A stretch of 59,477 bases of DNA, counting the filler, from Squatina squatina (Eukaryota), in assembly GCA_031763465.1 (NCBI GenBank). It is 3 parts of 3 records of this genome, joined end to end, with 100 filler letters (N's around TTAATTAATTAA, not from the genome) between each part and the next. Parts side by side here need not be neighbours in the genome. Positions count along the whole stretch, not along the records: positions 18,362 to 39,327 come from JARFOE010000080.1; 2 more parts are not named here. One strand, 5' to 3'. Below are positions 23,421 to 35,212 of the stretch, piece after piece. Under the pieces are notes generated by a model that saw only the letters and a program-made list of their open reading frames with translations, did no database searches and had not been told where the DNA came from. Within the stretch, counting starts at the first letter, position 1. Each line of letters opens with the position of its first letter. The translations under genes were made by a program, and so were the position numbers.

Positions 23421-24189
23421 GAGACAGAAAAAGAAGGAAAGCTTCTGTCCCAGAGCTCCTGTTAGAAGGTGCCTATGGCGAATAAGGACACAATCAGACT
23501 TGGCCCAATAGTCAAACTGCCTGCTGACACCATCTGTCAAGATTCACATGCAGAATAAGCTCTTGGTATCTGAAGAATCATCCCCAGCAGAATAAGCAAC
23601 TTCAAGAAAGAACGAGATGAAATAGAAGGCAACAGCAGTGAGAACAGTGCAGTGTAAAGGGTAGCAGAGTGGGAGCACCCGAGCTCCTTACTATGGAATG
23701 CAACATGCTGGGTTCCCGATCAGTTTACTGTTTTGGGGAGGTGCCGAGTGTTGCCCAAGCATCTCCCAGAGGAAGCAAAGGGACAAAAAATGGCATCACA
23801 GGTGGATTTCCTTCAAGCCACTGCCATGCAGTCTCGAGTTGACATACAACAGCTGGGACCTAGGAGCAGGTTGCCAAACTACCCTCTGGGGTTAGGGTAG
23901 GGGTTAGGTTACCTTCTTGGACATGGACAGTGCATAGTTTAGAGAGATCAAAGTACATGCATTAACCAAAATGCGTCCTGTTTCCGCAAGTTGACTATCA
24001 AGTCAACTTCCGTGAATGCAGTTCAATAAATGAATATCCAAACCCCTTCCATTGAGTTGAGACTCAATAAGCAGTGTAATTATAAAATTTTTGACAAACC
24101 AAAGTGGAGAGCCTAAACCTATACTGCAGGACAACACTGCAGGTTAAAAAGTGTAGGAGCAATGATGAGGTAAATCAGGAAGTAATCAT

Positions 24190-24810
24190 TATGCAGAGGT
24201 GCATAGAGTTACATAGCACAGAAACAGCCCATTCGGCCCAACTGGGTTGTGCCGGTGTTTATGCTCCACATGGGCATCCCCCCACCCCTCATCATCTAAC
24301 CCTATCACCATATCCTTTTATTTATTTCTCCCTCATTACTTATCTAGCTTCCCCTTAAATGCATCTGTGNNNNNNNNNNNNNNNNNNNNNNNNNNNNNNN
24401 NNNNNNNNNNNNNNNNNNNNNNNNNNNNNNNNNNNNNNNNNNNNNNNNNNNNNNNNNNNNNNNNNNNNNTTCTGCTCCCGTCTACGTTATTGACTGTGCC
24501 ACCTAACTCCGAGTACGGCTCTCCTTTCCTTCTTCCAATTAATTTTACAAAATGAAAAGCTGCGGCCCCGAGTACAGATTCCTGGGGAGCACCAGTAGTC
24601 ACATCCTGCCAATTTGAATATGTACCCATTATGCCTACTGTCTGCCTCCTGTCTCCTAACCAATCTCCTATTCAAGCCAATAGGTTGCCTCCAATTCCAT
24701 GCACTCTGATTTATGTTAACAGTCTCTTATGCAGAACCTCGCCAAATGCCATGTAAAGTCCATATAAATAACATCCATAGACACTCTTGATGATATGTAC
24801 TGAGTGACCA
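24190..24810 (-). mobile_element. CR1 LINE fragments (3' end, and RT region across a gap)
   Basis: acagcccattcggccca 3'-end motif; minus-strand peptides DAFKGKLDK, WQDVTTGAPQESVLG and MDVIYMDF. Confidence 0.85.
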
Positions 24811-25140
24811 TGCTCTGATAATCAGTAATTCTTGACATATGTTGGCTTTGTGTGGTAGAATGTTGGGGCTTGGACAGTGCAGGAAGGAGCCTGTACACTT
24901 AGAATAATTTGTATGTTGAATTACATGCAGTACATTTTGCATTGGCCAGAGTATCTTTTGTGACATTTTGAATGCATTTAACACTTAAGAACTATAAGAT
25001 AAAATACCAGAAAGTAATGTCAGGCACAAAATGGAGACTGCTACATTTGCTCCAGGTTGTATTTATAAAGTAAATGAGCAAAACTGGTATGCACCTGCCA
25101 AAACATTTGCTTTAGCTGTGCTGCTTTATTTCTGTTAGGT

Positions 25141-25965
25141 ATGGACCTCTACAACCTTACAACTACAAGTACAGCTGAAAATCTTAATCGCATTAAGAAG
25201 GAATATAAAGAAGCATTTACCTTTGTTAATAAGGGGCTCAGTGCAGATGAAGTTGGTCAAAAAGAAGCTGCAAAGGAGTATTACAGGCAAGGAAAGAGCC
25301 ATTTAATTAAAGGATTGCATATTCCATCAAATGGTTCAGAATGTACAGGCGTCCAATGGGACATGGCCCGTCAAATGCAAAATAAAATGAGGGCAACACT
25401 AAACAATATACAAACAAGGTTGACTATTTTGGAGCATGGTGAAAACCCAGCAGCGTCAAATCAACCAAACCCATTTCCTGAAACTGTGTGGTCTGATAAT
25501 CCAAAAGCAGAGTCAGGACTATATCCAGTTGAACCGACACCTCACAAAGAGAAATCTTCAACATCACTGAAGCCTCAGTCTNNNNNNNNNNNNNNNNNNN
25601 NNNNNNNNNNNNNNNNNNNNNNNNNNNNNNNNNNNCCAGATGCTCCCTCTGTATCCAATGAGCTGCCCCCTGTGTACACACCTGCGGCTGTAGATGGACA
25701 TATGACCATTTCCTATGGAACTGAATCTGGCGAGTTTGCCGTTGTTGATGATGCCATTTTTGGACAAAGAACCCAGCCTCGTCCAATGGAACCACTTGGT
25801 GTTGATGCATATGAGCTCATCTTTATTGAACATGGAGTGCAGATGTTCTATGTAACACCTGATGGGCAAGTGAGTGCACCCTCGTATCCTGGATATCTCC
25901 GCATTGTGACGTTTGCTGATACAGATCCTGGTGCAGCACAAAATAGACCACCCTCCTTTCTGCAG
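25141..25965 (+). CDS. SPART: Spartin first coding exon (MIT domain, PPxY, LIR-like motif); 54-N in-frame gap
   Basis: Acceptor tctgttag|GT ATG and donor CTG CAG|gtacga. MIT-like IKKEYKEAFTFVNKGLSADE..GQKEAAKEYYRQG..WDMARQMQNKM; ELPPVYTP; GVQMFYVTPDGQVSAPSYPGYLRIV; NRPPSFLQ. Confidence 0.95.
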
Positions 25966-27139
25966 GTACGATATTTTTAGTTAACTGAATTTTTTAAATT
26001 AATTAACCCTTTTGTAGTCTTCAGAGTGCATATAGTTTTTTTCATAACTTGTACTCTGATTCTGAAGTGATATTTTGCAAAATAATGATTGCAGGGATTG
26101 GAAGTCTTGTCAGATAAGTCATTAAGATTCTTGCAATTTTTTAAATATATATGACAAAAAGTAAAACAGAAGACTAGGACTATCAACCATTTACCAGACA
26201 TACATTGCTTAGCTGTTAGAAAGTTTACTAAGGATAGATTTCTCAATCAAATAGTAACTGGTTGAGAGAAAATAATGAAATAATAGTGAGACTGGAAGGT
26301 TGTTTTAAGTTGACCTACACAAAAAGTGGCTATGTACAAAAAAAAAAGAATGAAAAAGTTAAAAATCTAGAATTGAGAATTTGTGATCAGGATACACATC
26401 TCTGATATAGAAAATCTGAGAAAATTAAAGGAAATATTCCTTTTTAAAGTTTTGAAAATTGACAAACTGCTTCGAAACATCTTTTTATGAAACATCTTTT
26501 AAGGTTGGGATTAAAAAAGGTTTATAGTGAGGTACAATTAAAGAGTTTTAACTTCGTTGGAATTAATAATACTCGTCCTCTCGGAGAACTTGATCATTGG
26601 CAAGGTATCTTTGATCCTTTAAAGTCCACACCTCCCTGGATACCTTCGATACCTCCATGCTCACCCTCCATGGGGAGCTATTGCCACCTAGCTACCTCCA
26701 CTCATCAGCACCCTTACTCTCTCCCAAATGCCTCTATCTCTCACCTTCCTCTCTTCTGACTGTCCACCCATCATGACATTGGTTCCTCTATTGCTCAACA
26801 GTTGCCTCATTTTCTTTCTGTGCCCTTGTTCCCACTGGATACTTTAGTCTCACACCACTTGCTGCTCCCTGATAAATACCCACCTTCTCCATTTCAAATC
26901 CAAGTGCAGTAACACTTGGTTTGCTTGTCTACCAAATGCACTTGGCACACAACTACTCTGGTCCTCTGCTGCTGCGTCAGCTTTCACCACTGTTCTAATT
27001 TTAACTTACTCCAGATACCTTTGTCATGCCCAGTACAAATAAAGTACAGGCCCGAGGACTAACACCCTGTTCCTTAATAACCAAAATGTGACCTTTAATG
27101 TACAAGCTAATCTGTAGTAGTGTTCTCCAAGTGAACAAC

Positions 27140-27281
27140 TAGCTACTTAGAACCCAATAATACGTTGGATCCAAAGAGGAGACATATAAAATTGCCAGAA
27201 AAAACAGCAAGCCTGAGGATTGGGAACAGTTTAGAATTCAGCAAAGGAGGACAAAGAGATTGATTAAGAGGGGGAAGATGG
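27140..27281 (+). mobile_element. CR1 ORF2 fragment
   Basis: aaagaggagacatataaaattgccagaaaaaacagcaagcctgaggattgggaacagtttagaattcagcaaaggaggacaaag encodes a typical CR1 linker (KEE.YK.ARK..KPEDWEQFRIQQRRTK). Confidence 0.7.
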
Positions 27282-27506
27282 NNNNNNNNNNNNNNNNNNN
27301 NNNNNNNNNNNNNNNNNNNNNNNNNNNNNNNNNNNNNNNNNNNNNNNNNNNNNNNNNNNNNNNNNNNNNNNNNNNNNNNNNATGTATGCTCATACTTTTT
27401 TTTAATCGCTGCATGTAACTTAGTCAAGCCCCTTAATGTAAGTTATTGAGTAGTTGCATTTGTCTGAACCATAAAGTTAACTTTAAAATGTTTTTTAAAT
27501 TCTCAG

Positions 27507-27665
27507 TTGATGGACTTTGTGCTGTTGCTAGTACTGTTGGAAAAGAGCTTGCTCCACATGTAAAGAAACATGGAAGTAAATTGATTCCTGAATCTATAAA
27601 GAAAGATAATAGTTCAAAAGCCAATCTAGATGGAGCCCTGGTGGTGGCAGCAAGTGGAGTTCAAG
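27507..27665 (+). CDS. SPART: Spartin exon (senescence domain)
   Basis: tctcag|TT GAT GGA...CAA G|gtacat; 159 bp; (V)DGLCAVASTVGKELAPHVKKHGSKLIPESIKKDNSSKANLDGALVVAASGVQ(G). Confidence 0.95.
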
Positions 27666-27794
27666 GTACATGTTCATCTATTTTATTTTTCTATCAGCTT
27701 CTCTAAGTTGTTATAAATGTGCCATTTAATGTCTCATTAAATTCATGACTTTTTTTGTTAAACTTGCGGCAATCACCAGATAAATAAAGGTAAT

Positions 27795-28020
27795 AGTCAT
27801 GAATGGTAGTGGACAGTTAAGCAACTGACGGGAGGAGGAGGCTCCATGAAGATCCCCATCCTCCATGAGTGCAAAAGACAAAACTGAAGCATTTTCAACC
27901 ATCTTCAGCCAGTAGTGCCAAGTAGGTGAACTGTATCTACCTCCTCCTGAGGACCCCACCATCACAGAAGCCAGTCTTCAGCCAATTCGATTCACTCCAC
28001 ATGACATCAAGAAACTACTG
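27795..28020 (+). mobile_element. LINE ORF2 fragment (CR1/L2 group; probably the same family as 52095-52722)
   Basis: Decayed WTVKQLTGGGGSMKIPIL..AKDKTEAFSTIFSQ..PPPEDPTITEASLQPIRFTPHDIKK. Confidence 0.7.
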
Positions 28021-29338
28021 NNNNNNNNNNNNNNNNNNNNNNNNNNNNNNNNNNNNNNNNNNNNNNNNNNNNNNNNNNNNNNNNNNNNNNNNNNNNNNNN
28101 NNNNNNNNNNNNNNNNNNNNAAGAAGGAACATCCACCCCTAAGCACCCTGTTCACTGATCTGGTGAAAGTAAGGAGAGACAAATTTCTAAATCTATGGTC
28201 ACCACATAACCAACCAGCTTATGAGTTCACATGGTCTCCCAGATTGTGTCACAGTATTTCTGAAAGACAAGCAAAGGTTGGCTGTGTGCCCACTTTGTCA
28301 TGATTAAAACACCTAATTTTTGTCCATAACCTTCTATGTGTCCTGATGTATAGACTCACTCCAAATGGGCTGAACAGCTGGCTCACCAGGTGCTCCATCT
28401 GTGGCCCAGTATGGGGTATCTGATCTCCCACCCACGTGAATGGCTCATTGGCACTTACAAGGCCATAAAATTATTGACCTGTTCATTTAGCTGCTTGGGA
28501 TCAGTTAGGCATACTTTTAAATTGTCTGCAACTCTCTCCTAAAAGTTGTTGCAACATTAAGGACCAAGATCCTGGTAGTCTTATATTTTCACCCTCGAAC
28601 CAAATCTTCCAAATGTCTCTAAATCATGCATCTCAAGAATAGTATGTTTTGTAACATCATAGTTCACACATTCTACTGGATTGACATGAGAATACACAGC
28701 AAGTCCCTTATCGCTCATTGATGTTGTGAAACAACTTGTCCATATGTAATTGGCTCACTTATGGTGATAAGCTGTAAACACAAAAAACTGAATAAACCAT
28801 CAATATCCTCTCCCTCTTTTAAAAATTTGGAATTAAATTGGATTTAACAAAATTATATCCGGAACCTCAATGACTGAACTCCCTGTTGTGCATTTCTCTG
28901 CCAGTTGAAGAGCCCTTTCTCCTTCTCTTCAAGCTTGAATATGCACTTTTTTTTTGTTCCAGCTTGTGCTGCTCTCATTTCCAGGTTCCCAGCCTCCAAC
29001 CTCAACATTTCTAACTGGGACACCTAAACCTTAACTCTTGCTCTGCAGCCAACTGAGCTAGCTCAACATCTTTGTCTACATCTTTGATATGGTCAACATT
29101 TTTTATTCTTAACATACTGGAGGTATGCAGCATTGTGGTTATGCTATCTGGAGACTCAAGTTCAAAAGTTTAGACTAATTTCCAGAAAAAGGCAGGAGTA
29201 AAGGAGAGAGAACTGTAAAATTTGAAAAAATTAATTCTGCTTAAAGTGCACAGCAGGTTAGTTAGCATTTACAACAATCTTTTTTTCTGGCTGCTCTGCT
29301 TCTTGAAATGATTAAAATGATGATCCTTTCTGATAAAG

Positions 29339-29519
29339 GTATGGGTCCGCTGCTGGGAAAGCTACAGACAATGCCGTGAACTCTGCCATAAATGTTGGTG
29401 TGACAGCTTTTAACATTGATCATCTGGGTATCAAGGCTGTGGCACGACGCACCGCAAAGGAAACTGGAAATGCTATTCTAGTTGACTACAGATTACAAGA
29501 AAAACAGGAAAAAGAATAA
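29339..29519 (+). CDS. SPART: Spartin last coding exon
   Basis: tttctgataaag|G TAT GGG; YGSAAGKATDNAVNSAINVGVTAFNIDHLGIKAVARRTAKETGNAILVDYRLQEKQEKE*; followed by an AU-rich 3'UTR with AATAAA at 29774. Not in the ORF track. Confidence 0.92.
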
Positions 29520-30818
29520 ATAATTTCAGCTTTGAGAATATCTTGAATTTATAACCTAACTGAACAGATGCTACATGAAAGGTTATATTTTGCAGAATTC
29601 CATTTTCAACTAACATGCACCTGTTTATCTTGCAGAATGAAGAACTTATTGCACTACAGATCAAATATACTAAATTGTTTTTGTGACCGTCATTTTGGCT
29701 TTATTTTCAGATGTTGGGATGTACATTAATATACTAATTGAGCACTTTTACCCTTAAATTGTGTACAGTAACGAATAAAATTTTGTTTTAGCCCTGTGAA
29801 GGGTTTTTGGGTGTTTCTTTCATCTTTCCTCCTCAAATTGGTTGTAAATCAGAATTGGCATTCTCGTGACAGCATACAAGATCATGATACATATAGAAAT
29901 GCATGGCAATGCTTGTTTCATTGTATATGAACTTTATGTACAGTGTAACATTGAATATAGTTCAACTGCTAAAGAATGTCCATTTTCAAATGGGAATTGG
30001 CGCACTAATTGGAGGATAAAATCCAAAGAAGTTTTAAATATCTTCCCCATTGCTTATATATTTAAAATGAAAGTACATATCCATGCTGTTTTAGTGATTT
30101 AAAGATTGTTATTTTGGATGCAAACAGCCATTTTCTGTAATTTCTATAATTGAGTAATTTGAATATTTGTGCACTTTTTATAGTGGGACACTGGAATTTT
30201 GTTGGAACATCAAAGATGAAATTATCTTGTACGGTGCTGTGAAGATTAGCATATTAAGTTGAAGAAGCAGTATAGAGGAAAACCTTTAATTAAAAAAATC
30301 TGCACTGATAGTGAATTTAAAAAAAAGCAAATGCTTAAAAATCTGTTTGTGGTGCAATATTGTTGTCTACGGGTTGCATTGAAGAAGCTNNNNNNNNNNN
30401 NNNNNNNNNNNNNNNNNNNNNNNNNNNNNNNNNNNNNNNNNNNNNNNNNNNNNNNNNNNNNNNNNNNNNNNNNNNNNNNNNNNNNNNNNATAAATAAATC
30501 CTTAGTAAAAATAAATTGTATTATCCAAACACCTTAATGTCCTCAAAGTATGGTAAGGGTTAACCATATTTTTTTCAAATCATTGCCACAATGTTATTTT
30601 AGAATCTGTTGGGTGCGATCTTTTTGTGTATTTGAGTCATTTTTGTGTGAGGACAGCTGGAGATTCAGAATTACAATTTTGTGTGAAAGTAATTAGACAC
30701 AATTTCCATATCAATCTTTCCTACAGACCTGTGCGTGGGTGTAAAAGCATCCTTTGGCAGTAAGTGTGCTAACCATGCATATTTACTATTAACTCATAAC
30801 CACATTTTCTGTGCGCTT

Positions 30819-31454
30819 GCAGAACAACCATGTATGCAGGAGGTGTCGTCAGCTGGCGGAATTCGAGCTCCGGATTTTGGAGTTTGAGCAGCAGCTGTTG
30901 TCACTACAGTGCATCCACAATGCTGAGAACTTCAAGAGAGCACATTTCAGGAGGTGGTCACCCCATAGATAAAGAGTGTGCAGGCAGAGAGTGAATGGGT
31001 GACCAGCAGACAGAAGAGGAGAACCAAGCAGGTAGTGCTGGGGTCCCCTGAGTGCATCTCGCACTCCAACCAGTATTCGGTTCTGAGTACTGGCGAGAGC
31101 AATGCTTCCTCTGGGGAGTAAAGCCAGATCCAAGTCCACAGCACCAAGCGTGGCTCAGCTGTAAGGTGGGAGAGGAAGAAGAATGGGAAAGCAATAGTGA
31201 TAGGGGATTCGATAGTTAGGGGAGCAGACAGGCGTTTCTGTGGCCACAGACATGACTCCAGGATGGTATGTTGCCTCCCTGGAGCCAGGGTCAAGAATGT
31301 CACTGAGCAACAGCAGATTATTCTGAGGGGCGTGGGTGAGCAGCCAGAGGTTGTGGTTCATATCGGTACCAACGACGTAGGTAGAAAGAGGGATGAGGTC
31401 CTGCAGGCAGATTTTAGAGAGCTAGGAAAGAGATTAAAAAGCAGGACCTCAAAG
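30819..31454 (+). mobile_element. CR1 LINE ORF1 fragment with SGNH/GDSL esterase domain
   Basis: N-terminal CRRC..L..FEL zinc-finger/coiled-coil, then IVIGDSIVRG (block I), CLPGARV (block II) and VVHIGTNDVG (block III); in-frame stops upstream. Confidence 0.9.
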
Positions 31455-32365
31455 NNNNNNNNNNNNNNNNNNNNNNNNNNNNNNNNNNNNNNNNNNNNNN
31501 NNNNNNNNNNNNNNNNNNNNNNNNNNNNNNNNNNNNNNNNNNNNNNNNNNNNNNTAGGTGCAGCCCTGCACCTCTGTGCAGTGATTGTCAGTGTTTTCAG
31601 CACTTCAATGCTGTCGAACACTGATAAGCACAAATGTCAAAATAAAGTTGGCCATGGCCACTTTAAGGAAACCGGCTGATGACACATCATGAAATGACGT
31701 CACCAGACCCACTTCCTCTAAATGATCCAGGAAATGCGCTGGGTAGGCTTAACAAGCCCCTTTGAGGTAAATTAATTTCACAGAACGGGATGGAGCCAGC
31801 AGCAGGGTCGGGACCCGCCACCGACTGCACCAGACCCATCGAGGTGAGTAAAATCGCAGACTTTGCCTCCACTAAATGTTATAGTCTATTCAGGATTAGC
31901 ATCGGATCTGAAAAGGATGCAATTTTTGTTGATTCTGTGGAATAATTTGCTGACTGACTTGCTATCAACATCCGCTGTGCAAATGCTTGACGATTCGGAC
32001 TTGCAATGTTGTGACAAGACTATTCTAAGATGGATTCTTTCTATAATATACAACTTCAGTATATTAACATAATAGGAAGAGAGTATTTTTGCATTCAAAT
32101 ACTCCCCCTATCCAACTGTGACGTTTCCCTTTTAATGCTTGACTATTCACATTTTCTTTCAATGAAACCTTGAAATATTTTGTTTGTAATAAATTCTGAC
32201 TTAGTGTCTTGCTGATTTTTCAAATTTCAAATGTACAAGCAATTTAATAAATCACAATTTAAATACTGAGAACTTCACACTAAAATTGTCAAATATTACT
32301 GAATTTGTATGGTCAAAGAGGCAGCAGATAACAGTATCTCCAAAAATAATGCTGAACTTTTGCAG

Positions 32366-32464
32366 GGGTCATTAAAACAACTGATAAAGCAATTGGAGAA
32401 AGAGAAGAAAAGCCTTCAAAACCAGCTGAAAAATTATGAGTGGAGAATAGACCAAGAAGGAAAG
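32366..32464 (+). CDS. CCDC169: CCDC169 internal exon (coiled coil)
   Basis: ttttgcag|GGG TCA...GGA AAG|gtttgt; 99 bp; GSLKQLIKQLEKEKKSLQNQLKNYEWRIDQEGK (human, recalled: [33 protein letters not shown]); syntenic position. Confidence 0.88.
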
Positions 32465-33018
32465 GTTTGTCTCCCATCTTCTGTTGAGCGATATGGAAGC
32501 CTCTTTGTTAAAAGTGTATCCATTTATCCCAAGTGAAAATAACAGGATAAATTTACTAATTCTGTATTCTCAGTGGTGAATTGCACTGCATTATTGCAGT
32601 TCTACATCCAACTCACACTCCTTTTGAGCATGTGCTCAGTTGGAAGTGTGGGATCAGTGAATTTATTCCAACATATCTTGTGCCCACCTGAGCCCTAAAG
32701 AATTAACCAATTTCTAACAACAGGTTTGCAATAGGCAATAGGAGTATAGACCCAGTCACACTAAGTTTTGTGGGAATTATTGNNNNNNNNNNNNNNNNNN
32801 NNNNNNNNNNNNNNNNNNNNNNNNNNNNNNNNNNNNNNNNNNNNNNNNNNNNNNNNNNNNNNNNNNNNNNNNNNNNNNNNNNTGTTTTCTTTAAAATAAA
32901 GGTGGTGATTTATTGGGCAGTGCATTTTGGATAATCCAGCAGTTTTAAATTGTTGCAGTTGTTGAATGCACTGAAATTTTCCAAATGAATAACTAACAGA
33001 CAATTATGTTTATTTCAG

Positions 33019-33121
33019 AGGAAAGTACAATATGCCAACTACTCAAAGGATTTTAGATCTCAAGAAAGGACCAATTAAAAAGACTGCAGCAATGAAACAG
33101 CTTCCAAAATTGAAGCACTGA
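33019..33121 (+). CDS. CCDC169: CCDC169 last coding exon
   Basis: tatttcag|A GGA AAG TAC; GKYNMPTTQRILDLKKGPIKKTAAMKQLPKLKH* (human, recalled: [32 protein letters not shown]). Confidence 0.85.
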
Positions 33122-33419
33122 CGTTAGAATATTATGGAACAGACGTGGTGTTGTGTCAGAGAAACCTGTTATTTACAGTATTTATATCCTAATTTAGAAG
33201 AGTTGTTTAATTGTTGCTAGTCTAAATTAGAGATATATTTAGTTTAGTTGAAGTGTTAGTAATTCTTTGTACATTGGTAATATTTAATAGATTTACTCTG
33301 TAGTTATTTTTAATGATTGTATTCATACTTAAAAGTTTTAATTTAATTTCTATTAAAATCTCTGCCCTTAATTGTTTCCCTAAATGGGCTGCTGGAATAT
33401 TTGGTGAATAAGTAGCAGA

Positions 33420-33666
33420 CTTGGCAGAGTGGTAGCACCTTCGCTTCTCAGTTAGAAGGTCATGGGTTCAAGCCCCACTGCAGAGACTCGAGCAGTATAG
33501 TACCATGGGAACACAGCACTGTCGAATGTGCCATCCTTCATTTGAGACAATAAACCAAGGCATTGTTTTTCCTCGAGTGCATGTAAAATAGACCTTTGGG
33601 ACTATTCTAAGAAGAACTGAAGATTTCTCTTGGTGTCCTGGCCTACCTTTATACCTCAACCACCAC
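33420..33666 (+). mobile_element. DeuSINE (SacSINE1-like) 5' part
   Basis: A box tggcagagtgg, B box ggttcaagccc, then a Deu-domain-like body (gcactgtcgaatgtgccatccttc..tgagac..taaacc..ggtgtcctggcc). Confidence 0.75.
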
Positions 33667-33810
33667 NNNNNNNNNNNNNNNNNNNNNNNNNNNNNNNNNN
33701 NNNNNNNNNNNNNNNNNNNNNNNNNNNNNNNNNNNNNNNNNNNNNNNNNNNNNNNNNNNNNNNNNNAATTATGAAGCAATTAATTACCTTTTTTTGAAAT
33801 TTACAATTAG

Positions 33811-33958
33811 AGAACGCATTAAGGATTGTTATGACAAGTTACGAGTGCTCCTGCCTTATGTGAAGGGTAGACAAACTGATGCGGCATCCATTCTGGAAAT
33901 GACCGTGGAATATATGAGATACATTTATGGTAGAATACCAAACAATATTGTATCACAG
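33811..33958 (+). CDS. SOHLH2: SOHLH2 bHLH exon (helix1-loop-helix2)
   Basis: ttacaattag|A GAA CGC...TCA CAG|gtaaat; 148 bp; ERIKDCYDKLRVLLPYVKGRQTDAASILEMTVEYMRYIYGRIPNNIVSQ (human, recalled: ERIKYCCEQLRTLLPYVKGRKNDAASVLEATVDYVKYI); lies between CCDC169 and DCLK1. Confidence 0.9.
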
Positions 33959-34537
33959 GTAAATGCTAAAAATTATGTGGTAAATGGGATAAGAATATGC
34001 AGATATTTTGTAAGTTCAAGCTCTCTGCTAATTAAAGCAAAATATCCAATGGTAATATCACAAAACTGCTTTAACTGGTTTTTGTAGCCAAAAACAAAGG
34101 TATGTAAAAATATTTGTGCTAATAAACAAGCTTTTATTTTTAAACAAAACATGTATGTAATCGTGACAGTGGTGGAACATACCTCTGTTATGAGACTAAC
34201 CTTAAAGCACACGTGAATTATTTGGTTAACTTTACTTGTGGGCATATGTTCTCATATTTACATATTGCACTGCATGTCATAACATATCCCCTGTGTAATT
34301 AATTGTGTGCTGGAAAGAACTTACTTTACTTTTTACTGATATATTTAATTGTCCTTGTTACAACTCTGTTTTTGTCCTTGTTACAACGCTGTTTTTGCAA
34401 AACAGCTTTAGACGTCTGGTAATACTATTCAGTTTATNNNNNNNNNNNNNNNNNNNNNNNNNNNNNNNNNNNNNNNNNNNNNNNNNNNNNNNNNNNNNNN
34501 NNNNNNNNNNNNNNNNNNNNNNNNNNNNNNNNNNNNN

Positions 34538-35212
34538 GTGCCATTAAGCTGACAAATGGGATTTTGGAATTCATATAGAGAGGAATTGAATACAAAATGA
34601 TGAAGAAATGTGAAGTTATCCACTTTAAAAGGAAAAATAGAAAAGCAGAATATTTTTTAAATGGTGTGAGATTGGGAAATGTTGGTATTCAGAGGGACCT
34701 GGGTGTCCTTGTACAAAATCACCGAAAGTTAACATGCAGCTACAGCAAGCAATTAGGAAAGCAAATCGTATGTTAGTCTTTATTACAAAAGGATTGGAGT
34801 ACAAGAGTAAAAAAGTCCTACTGCAACTATATAGGGCCTTGGTGAGACCACACCTGGAGTACTGTGCACAGTTTTGATCTCCTTACCCAAGGAAGGATAT
34901 ACTTGCCATAGAGGCAAGGTTCACTCAAGTTTATTATTAGGTGCACGACCCATTCAAATTTCCACGCCTGCGTGGTTTTTCCATTTTAAAGCTGGCAAGC
35001 GGGACCTCCAAACGGCCGAGCGGTCATGCAGCTTAATGGGAACATTGCTTAGAAGGAGTATATCAAAGGTTCACCAGACTGATTCCTGGGATGACGGGAT
35101 TGTCCTAGGATGAGAAGAAACTGAGCAGACTAGGCCCATATTCCCTAGAATTTAAAAGAATGAGAGGTGATCTCCTTGAGACATATAAAATTCTTACAGT
35201 GCTTGACAGGGC
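34538..35212 (+). mobile_element. CR1 LINE RT C-terminal fragment, interrupted by a nested MITE
   Basis: KCEVIHF..RDLGVLV..QQAIRKANRML..LQLYRALVRPHLEYCAQF..RRMRGDL.ETYKIL. Confidence 0.9.
34915..35047. mobile_element. 133-bp hAT-like non-autonomous DNA transposon (MITE) nested in CR1
   Basis: Imperfect TIRs caaggttcactcaagtt / agcttaatgggaacattg; 8-bp flanks catagagg and cttagaag (6/8 identical); CR1 sequence resumes on both sides. Confidence 0.6.

Noticed and set aside
23888-23910. Interstitial telomeric repeat / G-quadruplex (ggggttagggtaggggttagg)
   Set aside because: Only one perfect TTAGGG plus degenerate units; too short to call.
17812-25141. Novel ITGB6-SPART linkage or rearrangement
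   Set aside because: The two genes are separated by a synthetic linker at 18262-18361.
33420-33485. tRNA gene
   Set aside because: The A and B boxes are the head of a DeuSINE; the sequence continues into the SINE body and no intact cloverleaf is evident.
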